Under the pieces are notes generated by a model. That model searched no databases, was not told where the DNA came from, and worked only from the letters and a program-made list of their open reading frames with translations. A program made the position numbers and the translations under genes. This document shows, piece after piece, positions 31,901 through 40,869 of a DNA stretch of 64,000 bases. The stretch comes from an uncultured candidate division Zixibacteria bacterium (GTDB lineage: Bacteria; Zixibacteria; MSB-5A5; UBA10806). The stretch covers positions 160,001 to 224,000 of the forward strand of contig CAWFQL010000016.1 of assembly GCA_963817915.1 (NCBI GenBank), read 5' to 3'. Every line of letters begins with the position of its first letter. Position 1 is the first letter of the stretch.

Positions 31901-33196
31901 ATGAAAAAAATATTAATATTTACATTCGCGATAGTATCGGCATATTCAATTTCTCTAACGGCAAAAGAATCAAGCTGCATCAAATGCCATCTTTCCAAAG
32001 AACAGGTATCCGAGACATCGATCGCGACAGCGTTCATGGCCGGCGATATTCATCGAAGCATGGGATTGGATTGCTCGGACTGTCACGGCGGCGATCCCAA
32101 GATCGGGTTTGTCGAAAAAGATATGTCGATTTCCATGGATGAGGCAAAAGGATATAAGGCACCACCGGATAAAACATCGATTCCTGAATTCTGCGCCCGA
32201 TGCCACTCGGATATTGAGTATATGAAGAAGTACAATCCGAGATTGCCCGCCGACCAGTTGCAGCTTTATAAAACATCAATTCATGGCAAGCTGCTTTACG
32301 GCAATAAAGATACCAAGGTGGCGGTCTGCACCGATTGTCATGGCGCTCATGGTATCCTGCCCGCTTCGGATTCGCGCAGCAGTGTTTATCATAACAACGT
32401 GCCCATGACCTGCAAGAAATGTCATTCGGACGCTTCTTACATGAAGGGGTATATGGTCAACGGCAGGCAGATCCCCACAAATCAATTTGATAATTACACG
32501 AAATCTATTCATGGCGAACTGGTTCTGCAAAAGGGCGATAAATCTGCCCCGGCCTGCAACAATTGCCATGGCAATCACGGCGCGGCACCGCCATCATTGG
32601 TGTCGGTATCGGCCGCTTGCGGAGAATGTCATGCTACCAATCGCGATTTTTTCAATGGCTCGCCCCACAAGGACGCCTGGAAGATACTGGGCTATCCCGA
32701 ATGCGAGCAGTGTCATGGCAATCACCTTATCGTGGCAACATCGGATTCGCTATTGGGAGTGGATAAGGGAACCCTATGTATCAAATGTCATGAGCCCGGC
32801 TCAGATGGATATAATGTAGCTTCAAGGTTGAAATTGTCAATCGACTCCCTGAAAATGGCTTTGGATAAAGCAGAATTAACCGTGAAAACAGCCGAGCAAA
32901 AAGGTGTCGAAAGCGGACAAGCAAGCTTTGATTTAGGTCCCGCCAAGGACAATCTGACTCGTGTTCGTTCGGTGACGCATACGGTTGACACTACTCAGGT
33001 GGCGGAATTGACTGGCGACGGTATCAAAACCGCTGACAAGGTTGAGGCGACCGCTATCGCGGCATTGGGCGATATAAAAACTCGCCAGATCGGATTAGCG
33101 GTATCGCTGATTTTGGTATTATTTATGGCGTTTGCGCTCTGGCGAAAAATCCGCAAGGTCGATAGCGAAACAGATTTTGAAGTGAAGAGCAAGTAG
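31901..33196 (+). CDS. Membrane-anchored nine-heme cytochrome c
   Basis: Signal peptide, nine CxxCH motifs, helical stalk, C-terminal TM helix. Confidence 0.9.
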   Translation: MKKILIFTFAIVSAYSISLTAKESSCIKCHLSKEQVSETSIATAFMAGDIHRSMGLDCSDCHGGDPKIGFVEKDMSISMDEAKGYKAPPDKTSIPEFCARCHSDIEYMKKYNPRLPADQLQLYKTSIHGKLLYGNKDTKVAVCTDCHGAHGILPASDSRSSVYHNNVPMTCKKCHSDASYMKGYMVNGRQIPTNQFDNYTKSIHGELVLQKGDKSAPACNNCHGNHGAAPPSLVSVSAACGECHATNRDFFNGSPHKDAWKILGYPECEQCHGNHLIVATSDSLLGVDKGTLCIKCHEPGSDGYNVASRLKLSIDSLKMALDKAELTVKTAEQKGVESGQASFDLGPAKDNLTRVRSVTHTVDTTQVAELTGDGIKTADKVEATAIAALGDIKTRQIGLAVSLILVLFMAFALWRKIRKVDSETDFEVKSK

Positions 33197-33218
33197 GGCC
33201 AAATTTAATTGGCATCTA

Positions 33219-33250
33219 AGAGGCGGCGATTTCGATTGCCGCCTTTTTTA
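33219..33250 (+). terminator. Intrinsic terminator after the cytochrome operon
   Basis: AGGCGGCGAT-TTCG-ATTGCCGCCT followed by a T run. Confidence 0.85.
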
Positions 33251-33265
33251 TTTGCAGGGCGTTTT

Positions 33266-33444
33266 GCCGGGTCGTAGTCCCGACATGAAATGTCGGGGCG
33301 TGAACCATTCGGCCAGAAAATTCAGCAAATAACATCTGTAACGAAATTTTACCATTAAGCAATGTCCGTTGTTCTAATATCATCAGGTTCACGCCCGTCA
33401 AGGTTCGGATTCTCAATCCGAACTTTGACGGACTACGACCCGGC
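33266..33444. repeat. REPIN/MITE-like element with 15-bp terminal inverted repeats
   Basis: GCCGGGTCGTAGTCC / GGACTACGACCCGGC, inner IR GGGCGTGAACC / GGTTCACGCCC, and a hairpin in each arm. Confidence 0.8.
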
Positions 33445-33567
33445 TCAATAAAAATTTGCGAATATATACATCGGATTTAGATTTCTCCCGTATATAATTT
33501 TAGGCATAATTCCCTTGCTCTCGGTATTGTGGCAGGCGATACTACTGTAAACTGAAAGGAGACAATA

Positions 33568-34071
33568 ATGATAATTTCGATTAATGATTTCAAACAGACA
33601 TGGGGGCGGGAGCTTGAAAACACATCGAAAATGATGGCCGAGCTCACCGACAAATCTCTCAGTCAATCAATCGCCAATGACCACCGGACCCTGGGACGTA
33701 TCGCCTGGCATCTGACAACCGCAATTCCAGAGATGATGGAGCGAACAGGACTAAAGATAGAGGGCGTCAAAGCCGATGCGCCGCTTCCCAAAACAGCCGC
33801 GGAAATAAAAAATGGTTACGATCAGGCATCCAAATCGCTTTTGGAGCAGGTAATCAAGAACTGGAAAGATGAAACACTAATGGTCATCGACGAAATGTAT
33901 GGCATGAAATGGCCCAAAGGTTTGACTCTTAGAATCCTCATGGATCATGAAATTCATCATCGCGGCCAGATGACTGTCTTGATGCGTCAAGCGGGCCTGA
34001 AGGTACCGGGAGTTTATGGACCATCGAAAGATGAATGGGTCAATTACGGAGCCAACCCGCCGCAGATTTGA
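33568..34071 (+). CDS. DinB family protein
   Basis: RTLGRIAWHL and HEIHHRGQMTVLMRQAGLKVPGVYGP. Confidence 0.92.
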   Translation: MIISINDFKQTWGRELENTSKMMAELTDKSLSQSIANDHRTLGRIAWHLTTAIPEMMERTGLKIEGVKADAPLPKTAAEIKNGYDQASKSLLEQVIKNWKDETLMVIDEMYGMKWPKGLTLRILMDHEIHHRGQMTVLMRQAGLKVPGVYGPSKDEWVNYGANPPQI

Positions 34072-34084
34072 CAAAGAAACGCTT

Positions 34085-34107
34085 GGTTTGATAAATCAAA
34101 CCGCTAC
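34085..34107 (-). repeat. Single GTAG-type REP
   Basis: Reverse complement GTAGCGGTTTGATTTATCAAACC matches the hairpin at 661-684. Confidence 0.7.
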
Positions 34108-34126
34108 CCCTGTAATAAGAAATAAT

Positions 34127-34160
34127 AAAGGCGAGGAAGATCATCCTCGCCTTTCACTTT
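34127..34160. terminator. Bidirectional terminator
   Basis: AAAGGCGAGGA-AGATCA-TCCTCGCCTTT between convergent genes. Confidence 0.7.
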
Positions 34161-34176
34161 TCAAATATGACGAAAT

Positions 34177-36450
34177 CTACTTCATCAAAATCATCTTCTT
34201 GGTTTCGCTTCTATCGCCTGCCGTGAGCCGATAGAAATATATTCCCGATGATAATTCGCTGCCATTCCAAACTACATCGTTTTGCCCGGCCTTCATATAA
34301 CCATCATGAAGCGTAGCGACCTTCTGCCCGAGCATATTGAATATTTCAAGGCGGATATTACCCGGTTCCGCAAGGCGAAATTCGATTACGGTGGTGGGAT
34401 TGAACGGGTTGGGATAATTTCCAATCAGCGAGAAATTCGATGGGACAGGATTATTATCAACGACACCGGTCTGGTTTTGAATATTTACTGTAAAGTCCTG
34501 ATCATCAGTTTGATGAGGGCTGGAAGAATCAGTCGCCCTTATCGTAAATGAATAATCGCCAATCGTTGTAGGCGCGCCGCTTAATTCGCCGGTATTAGCA
34601 TCCAGTGTAAGTCCCGGAGGAAGGGTTCCCGCCTGAAGTGAGAATGTATACGGGCCGGTACCGCCTCTGGCTTCGATCGTATCATCGAATACAAGGCCGA
34701 CATAACCGCCAGGCAAAGACGTGGTTACTATATTTAGCCTGTATTGTTCGCTTCTGGAATCCCTGAGAATGTAGGTGTATTTATCGAATGCAACTGTAGT
34801 TGGATTGCCATTAACGAGAAAGCGATAATCGCCGATTCGAGAATTGTTAAATACGGTTACCATAGTATCGACGCCGCTGATTCTCGGATATATCCTGATT
34901 GGCATGGTGAAGACATTAGGTGCAGGTGTAGTCTGGGTTTGACGGATATGCAGAAATACTTCATACTGCCCGTTGCCCTTATCTTCTTTCATCCAGGAAT
35001 AACTATACGACGGACGATTCATACCCCAAACCCATTCATCGAAGAACCAGCCCAAGTCGCCGCCGTAAAACGGCTCCATCGCATGCTGAAAACCGCGGGT
35101 CGTAATTGTGCCATACATGAAATTGGGATTGTTCGCATAGGCGCGCATGCCATTGAAAAAGGCGCTATCGCCCATGACTCCCCGGAGCTGATGCAGAACC
35201 CATGCACCCTTATTATATACTGTATTGCCATCAAAAAGCGGGTCGGGATTATAAATCGGACCGCTGGGATCATAGACGCCGTTACTGGAAGTCATGTAGT
35301 TGATATAGGCTGTATGGCCACTAATACTTTCCGTATAAAGAGCCTCGCAATACGACGCAAATCCCTCGTTCATCCAGATATCAGGCCAGATATCGCAAGT
35401 AATCATATCGCCGAACCACATATGTGAAAGCTCGTGGACTAATATCCAATCATACGAATGATTTCCAGTGATCAGGCTGGAACCATAGCTGGTATTAGTC
35501 TGATGCTCCATGGCGCCGCCCCAGGGGAATATCGAATGACCGTATTTTTCGCGAATAAACGGATACTCTCCAAATAATCCGGCATAAATCCCTATAGCCG
35601 CGGGAGTGATATTCAGATCTTCAACGGCCTGATTGTAATGCTCCGGATAGACATAGTTTGTGACGGGCATCGAATCGCCGCCGATACTGCTATGATACCA
35701 ATCAGTAAAGCTTTGATAATTGGTTATTGAAACGCATATAAGATAGGTCGTGATCGGATAAGAAACATGCCAATGGAAAGTGCGCGTATTGTTGCCATTG
35801 TCCTGGTTGCTGACCAAAAGGCCATTGGATGTGGCGGTTTGATTCAACGGGACAGTGATATAGACGTCAGAAGAATCGGCTTTATCGTGGGGTTGGTCTT
35901 TGCATGGCCACCATTCGCGGGCGCCTTCCGGCTCGGAAAGACTCGATATGATCGGCTGTCCATTATGCGTATTCCAAGTGAACGAACCAAAACCGCTTCC
36001 GGGCGGAGTGCCATGATAATACACCACCGTGGTGAACGCTTCGCCGCTGTTATACGTCCTATCGAGCGTGACAGTGAGAATATGGCCAACATGACTGAGC
36101 GGGGCAACCTGCCCATTGATTCGGGCTGAATCAGCAATCATATCGGAATGAAAATTATAATCGACCGTCGAGACACCATTCACAACCGCCTGAGATGTCA
36201 TCGTAACTTTGCCGGATATGACTTGGCTCGTCATATTCGTAATATAGATTCTTAATTCCCAGTATTTGACATCGAAATCGGTTTGATCGAGAATGGTGCC
36301 CGGCGAAGTTCGAGCCTTCAGCATTTCATAGTATTTCGACTTCATCTGAAATTCTTCATTTCTGAATTGCTGCTGGTTCAGCTCCTGAGCGAATATCGCA
36401 CTCGCCATCAACACCAAGCACGCCATAATCAATAGAGATTTAAACTTCAT
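34177..36450 (-). CDS. Secreted M1 family aminopeptidase with Ig-like (He_PIG) and YPNPFN-type C-terminal domains
   Basis: GAMEH, HELSH-x18-E (WMNEGFA), YNKGAWVLHQLR, GTLPPGLTL, NYPNPFNPTT...SGIYFYRL. Confidence 0.92.
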   Translation of the reverse strand: MKFKSLLIMACLVLMASAIFAQELNQQQFRNEEFQMKSKYYEMLKARTSPGTILDQTDFDVKYWELRIYITNMTSQVISGKVTMTSQAVVNGVSTVDYNFHSDMIADSARINGQVAPLSHVGHILTVTLDRTYNSGEAFTTVVYYHGTPPGSGFGSFTWNTHNGQPIISSLSEPEGAREWWPCKDQPHDKADSSDVYITVPLNQTATSNGLLVSNQDNGNNTRTFHWHVSYPITTYLICVSITNYQSFTDWYHSSIGGDSMPVTNYVYPEHYNQAVEDLNITPAAIGIYAGLFGEYPFIREKYGHSIFPWGGAMEHQTNTSYGSSLITGNHSYDWILVHELSHMWFGDMITCDIWPDIWMNEGFASYCEALYTESISGHTAYINYMTSSNGVYDPSGPIYNPDPLFDGNTVYNKGAWVLHQLRGVMGDSAFFNGMRAYANNPNFMYGTITTRGFQHAMEPFYGGDLGWFFDEWVWGMNRPSYSYSWMKEDKGNGQYEVFLHIRQTQTTPAPNVFTMPIRIYPRISGVDTMVTVFNNSRIGDYRFLVNGNPTTVAFDKYTYILRDSRSEQYRLNIVTTSLPGGYVGLVFDDTIEARGGTGPYTFSLQAGTLPPGLTLDANTGELSGAPTTIGDYSFTIRATDSSSPHQTDDQDFTVNIQNQTGVVDNNPVPSNFSLIGNYPNPFNPTTVIEFRLAEPGNIRLEIFNMLGQKVATLHDGYMKAGQNDVVWNGSELSSGIYFYRLTAGDRSETKKMILMK

Positions 36451-36857
36451 TTTTTACCTCTTTTTGAAGACAATTATTCTATGGTATTTCATACTATATG
36501 TAAGGTAATCATGACAGGAAATTTGTCAATTGCTATTTTCATACAATATGTGGAATTAATGACGAAAACTTGCAGCCTAAACCATTGAAAGATAACGAAA
36601 TAAGTGAATTCCAGTCGTCGCCATCCCAGCGCACTATGCTTTTTATCAGAAAAAGCGGTGAAAAAGGATGATTCCACCATATTGAAGCCAAAGAAATCAA
36701 GAAATGGCATTTCCATAATATGAATAACAAAAAAAAGAATCGCAGGGATTCAAAATTTTAAATCCCCGCGTGAAATAGTTCAATAAAATCTTATTTCAGA
36801 TCCCGGATGAGTCAATTTTGGAAACCGCCATCGAGAAGTGTCAAAAGGCACGCAATA

Positions 36858-38657
36858 TTAATTCTCAACTACCTGCTCTTCCAAGCGATACTTGCTGTAA
36901 ATCCTGCCATAGACTCCCTGTTGCGCGATCAAATCCTGATGTGAACCCGATTCTACTATTTTGCCATTATCCAAAACATAGATTGTATCGACGTGTTCGA
37001 GAGTATCAGGCCGATGCGTAATAATTATCGCCGTCAATCCGGGCATGACCTCCTCCAATCTTCTCCAAAGCGCCGCTTCGGTACGTGAATCGAGCGCGGA
37101 CGTACAATCATCGAGAATCAGGATTTTCGGCTTACCAACCAAGGCCCGCGCCAGAGCTAATCGTTGTTTCTGACCTCCGGAAATAGACATACCGCGCGTT
37201 CCGATCAACGTATCAAGGCCCTTGGGGAATGATTCGATTTCGCCTTTAAGCTGGGCGACATCAATAGCCCATTCCATGAGTGAATCGGGAATATTATTTC
37301 TCCCGAATAAAATATTATTGCGAATAGTATCGCTGAAAAGCGCCGGCTCCTGAGGAACATATCCAATAACACTCCTGAGGTCTTTCAGACGATAGTTTCG
37401 CAGATCGATTCCGTCGAGCGTTATCGAACCTGATGTAGGATCTACCAATCTGGGGATCATATTGATTAGCCAGCTTTTCCCGGAGCCGATCTTGCCAACT
37501 ATGGCGATAGTCTTTCCTTTCGGTATTTCAAATGAGATGTTATCGATAATTTTCCTAGATGAGCCGAAGAACGACAAATCGACATTTCGAAAGGCGATTT
37601 GGCCGGTAAATTCCTTATCGATAGAAATATTGCCCTCGTCTTTAATCATAGGCGCCACCTTTTCAAGCTCTACGAGCCTACCTATTGAGACGGCCGATTG
37701 CCTCGATTTTACCAGAAACTGGCCGATATCGAACATCGGGAATACTAGATATATCACGTAGTAAATGAAGGCTATCATCTTGCCCAATGAAAGATTCGAC
37801 TTGATCACCATATATCCGCCGGCGAGAAGCACGATTATGATTCCGACCTGCCAGATATACATGTAAAGCCCGTCGACAATTGTCCCGGTTTTTACTGCCG
37901 ATATTTCAGCTTCGCGCCTTGCCTCAATTGCTTTCTTGAATTTCCCTTTTTGGATCGCCTCTTTGACATACGCCTTGACCACCCTGATTCCGGAAAAGCA
38001 GGATTCCATAACGTCGTTGAAATTGGAAATACTTACCTGCAAATGATCATATCGTTTTTCCAATAGCGTAGAGCTCTTGAAAAAAATGATTATCAAGAAA
38101 GGCAACGGCCCCACTGAGAGAAGAGTAAGAACAGGATCAATTGAGATCATCATCGCAATAGTGAAAATCACCAATATCATGGCCTCATAGAATCTGAATA
38201 TACCCGAGCAGGCAAACCACGAGAGCTTTTCGGCAACATCGTCTGTCATTCTGGTAACAAGATCACCGGTCCGGAAACGATTGAAAAAATCGGGCCCTTT
38301 GAGTGTAATTCCATCGAATGCGGCCTGCCTGAAGAGCCATTCCAATTTCAGATTCATCCAGGCGCGATGAGATTGCACATAGGCATACAGCGCGAACGCG
38401 AATAGTCCCATTACGACGATAGTAAGCGTAAATGTCGCGGGCGCGGAAAGCCCGAAACTTTCGCCGATTTTACTGAGCGGAATCGCGTAGCTATCATCCG
38501 CCACAACTCCAGTCTTAACATAGTCGATAGTGAATTCTATCAGCCGCGGTAGCGATATGAACAATATCGCCTGAACCGGAGTCAGCAGAATCAGGACTGC
38601 CAGGACATATGGATATTTTTTATAGTACTGCCAAAACCATTTTATCTTATCACGCAT
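36858..38657 (-). CDS. ABC exporter subunit (TMD-NBD), second half of a heterodimer
   Basis: GKIGSGKS, ISGGQKQR, degenerate Walker B LDD. Confidence 0.92.
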   Translation of the reverse strand: MRDKIKWFWQYYKKYPYVLAVLILLTPVQAILFISLPRLIEFTIDYVKTGVVADDSYAIPLSKIGESFGLSAPATFTLTIVVMGLFAFALYAYVQSHRAWMNLKLEWLFRQAAFDGITLKGPDFFNRFRTGDLVTRMTDDVAEKLSWFACSGIFRFYEAMILVIFTIAMMISIDPVLTLLSVGPLPFLIIIFFKSSTLLEKRYDHLQVSISNFNDVMESCFSGIRVVKAYVKEAIQKGKFKKAIEARREAEISAVKTGTIVDGLYMYIWQVGIIIVLLAGGYMVIKSNLSLGKMIAFIYYVIYLVFPMFDIGQFLVKSRQSAVSIGRLVELEKVAPMIKDEGNISIDKEFTGQIAFRNVDLSFFGSSRKIIDNISFEIPKGKTIAIVGKIGSGKSWLINMIPRLVDPTSGSITLDGIDLRNYRLKDLRSVIGYVPQEPALFSDTIRNNILFGRNNIPDSLMEWAIDVAQLKGEIESFPKGLDTLIGTRGMSISGGQKQRLALARALVGKPKILILDDCTSALDSRTEAALWRRLEEVMPGLTAIIITHRPDTLEHVDTIYVLDNGKIVESGSHQDLIAQQGVYGRIYSKYRLEEQVVEN

Positions 38658-40458
38658 AATTTGCAACTCCATTTCTATTTTTAAATTGGAGGTGGAAAAG
38701 CTTCGAGTAGTATCCATTTTGCAGGATCAACTCTGTGTGAGTGCCTTTTTCGACAATCTCGCCTTTCCTGATTACGAGAATTTCATCGACATCGAGTATA
38801 GTTGAAAGTCGATGAGCAATGACTAATGATGTCCTGCCTTCCATCATCTTCTTCAATGACGATTGAATCGACCTTTCGGTCTCGGGGTCGACCGAACTCG
38901 TGGCTTCATCCAATACAAGGACATCAGGATTTATCACCAGAGCCCTAGCGAATGACAATAATTGCCGTTCGCCGCGGCTGAGATTGGCGCCTTTTTCGGA
39001 TATCTGAGTTTTATATCCTTCCGGCAGCCTTCGGATAAATTTATCGGCATCCACCGTGGTTGAGGCGGAAACGATGCTGCTATCGCTGATATCATTTGAT
39101 TCCAAAGCTATATTGGAATTGAAATCTCCCGGGAATAAAATAATGTCCTGCAGAACCAACGCGAAACGTTGCCTGATATCGGCCTGAGATATTTCGCGGA
39201 TATCAATCCCATCGATAGTTATTCTTCCTCTTTGCGGATCATAGAATCTGAGCATGAGATTAATCACAGTGGATTTCCCTCCACCGGTTACTCCTGCCAG
39301 GGCGACCCGCTTGCCCAAGGGAATATCAAAACTCACATTCTTCAGCACATAGTTGCCGTCATTGTCGTACGAGAACCAGACATTCTCGAATTTTATCCCT
39401 TTTTCAAGTTTTTTCCATCTTACAGGCACGGCAGCATCGATCAATTTTGACTCATTAGAAAGCAATGCAAATATTCGTTTGGCGCCCGCGAATGACTTCT
39501 GGATTGTCGCCAACTGATCGGATAAGCGATAAAGCGGCTCGAATACGCGCCAAATCAAAACAAGAAACATGCTGATAATGCCTACGGTAATTACTCCCGA
39601 ACCTATCCAAATTGCGCCAAAATACAGGGTGGTCGCGATCATTATGTATTGCAGGAAAAATATCGAGTTGAAAAACAGGCAGACGACTATTTCCGCGTAG
39701 GACGCGTCTTTGAATTTGAGGGCGTTGGCGTGATTGACTCTTTCACGGGCATACTCTCCTCGATGAAATATCTGGACAATCGATATTCCCTGCAAAAACT
39801 CAGTCAGCGATGCCGTAATATCGGCCGTTTTTTTTCTGATCTCGAAAAACCTTGACGCGGTTTGCTTCTGAAAAATGTATGTTAAAAAAACAACCACCGG
39901 TATCATGCACAATAGTATCGATGCCAATCGCCAGCTGTAATAATACATCACTCCAAATACTCCGACGATAAGAATCAGATCGCCGATCAGGAGTACGATT
40001 GCATTGGTAAAAAGCATCCTTAGAGATTCAGTATCGGATTCGATTCGCGACATGAGTCTTCCGACCGGATTTTTATCGAAAAACGAGATATCAAGAGAAA
40101 GCAGATGATCAAATAGCTTCGACTTCAGATCGACCATTACGTCCTGCCCGATCATTTCGAGCTTTATTCTCTGAATATATTGAAGTATAACGGTCGCTAC
40201 CTGAATCAGCGCAATTCCCGCGACTGTAAATATCAGGCCATTGAGGTCGCCGTTTTTAATATTAACATCCAAAGCTCTTTTGAGCAGAATCGGCCAAACC
40301 AAAGAAAGCACGGTTGCCGCTGATAATAATACCAGGCAGAATATCAGTCCGAAGCGATGGCTCTTGAGAAAAGGCAGGAGGCCCTTGAACGCCTGGCTGG
40401 CACTGACAGACTCAGATTCAATTTTTATTGTTTCTTTTTCGATAATTTCGCTGCTCAT
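38650..40458 (-). CDS. ABC exporter subunit (TMD-NBD), first half of a heterodimer
   Basis: GVTGGGKS, degenerate signature LSRGERQ, LDEATSSVD, IAHRLST. Confidence 0.92.
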   Translation of the reverse strand: MSSEIIEKETIKIESESVSASQAFKGLLPFLKSHRFGLIFCLVLLSAATVLSLVWPILLKRALDVNIKNGDLNGLIFTVAGIALIQVATVILQYIQRIKLEMIGQDVMVDLKSKLFDHLLSLDISFFDKNPVGRLMSRIESDTESLRMLFTNAIVLLIGDLILIVGVFGVMYYYSWRLASILLCMIPVVVFLTYIFQKQTASRFFEIRKKTADITASLTEFLQGISIVQIFHRGEYARERVNHANALKFKDASYAEIVVCLFFNSIFFLQYIMIATTLYFGAIWIGSGVITVGIISMFLVLIWRVFEPLYRLSDQLATIQKSFAGAKRIFALLSNESKLIDAAVPVRWKKLEKGIKFENVWFSYDNDGNYVLKNVSFDIPLGKRVALAGVTGGGKSTVINLMLRFYDPQRGRITIDGIDIREISQADIRQRFALVLQDIILFPGDFNSNIALESNDISDSSIVSASTTVDADKFIRRLPEGYKTQISEKGANLSRGERQLLSFARALVINPDVLVLDEATSSVDPETERSIQSSLKKMMEGRTSLVIAHRLSTILDVDEILVIRKGEIVEKGTHTELILQNGYYSKLFHLQFKNRNGVANYA

Positions 40459-40511
40459 AATATTACTTTCCGAAAACGGTTATTGGGCTGTGTTTCCATC
40501 ATCGGACAGGC

Positions 40512-40550
40512 AAATAAAAACCCGCCGAGTCTTTTCGATGCGGCGGGTGT
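40512..40550 (-). terminator. Intrinsic terminator in the 5' leader of the ABC exporter operon (attenuator)
   Basis: mRNA ACCCGCCG-N13-CGGCGGGU followed by UUUUAUUU, about 55 nt upstream of ATG 40458. Confidence 0.75.
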
Positions 40551-40570
40551 CAGTTCCATTTTAATTTATG

Positions 40571-40648
40571 TCAGATAATAGACAGACTACTCCCGCCGGG
40601 GAAATTGCCATTTGCGGCAACCGGTAATTTTATATTTGAATTAATCAT
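40571..40648 (-). CDS. Putative 25-aa leader peptide MINSNIKLPVAANGNFPGGSSLSII
   Basis: GAGGAG upstream; lies between a sigma70 promoter and the leader terminator; overlaps the antiterminator strand. Confidence 0.55.
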   Translation of the reverse strand: MINSNIKLPVAANGNFPGGSSLSII

Positions 40649-40711
40649 TTTCCCAATTCTCCTCGGCTCAATAGTCCTGAAAGAAATACGATAATTTCTT
40701 TTGCTGGTTTC

Positions 40712-40740
40712 AAGATATTTTTAATAATTTTAAATGTCAA
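40712..40740 (-). promoter_or_regulatory. Sigma70-type promoter of the ABC exporter leader
   Basis: TTGACA-N17-TATCTT. Confidence 0.65.
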
Positions 40741-40786
40741 CAAAAATAATTGCGGCTTTTCCCAAAAACATTTCTCTTTAGCAAGC

Positions 40787-40823
40787 AAAATGAAAGGCCG
40801 TCGTTTACAGCGACGGCCTTCAA
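40787..40823 (-). terminator. Terminator after the gingipain-like gene
   Basis: AAGGCCGTCG-N7-CGACGGCCTT followed by TCATTTT on the minus strand. Confidence 0.7.
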
Positions 40824-40869
40824 GAGAATTAACTTTTGATAATGATTATCAGTTAACCTGGGAATTCGA

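Noticed and set aside
34744..35427. Long antisense ORFs (also 2876-3466, 6363-6995, 17539-18126)
   Set aside because: Shadow frames opposite well-supported genes, with no motifs.
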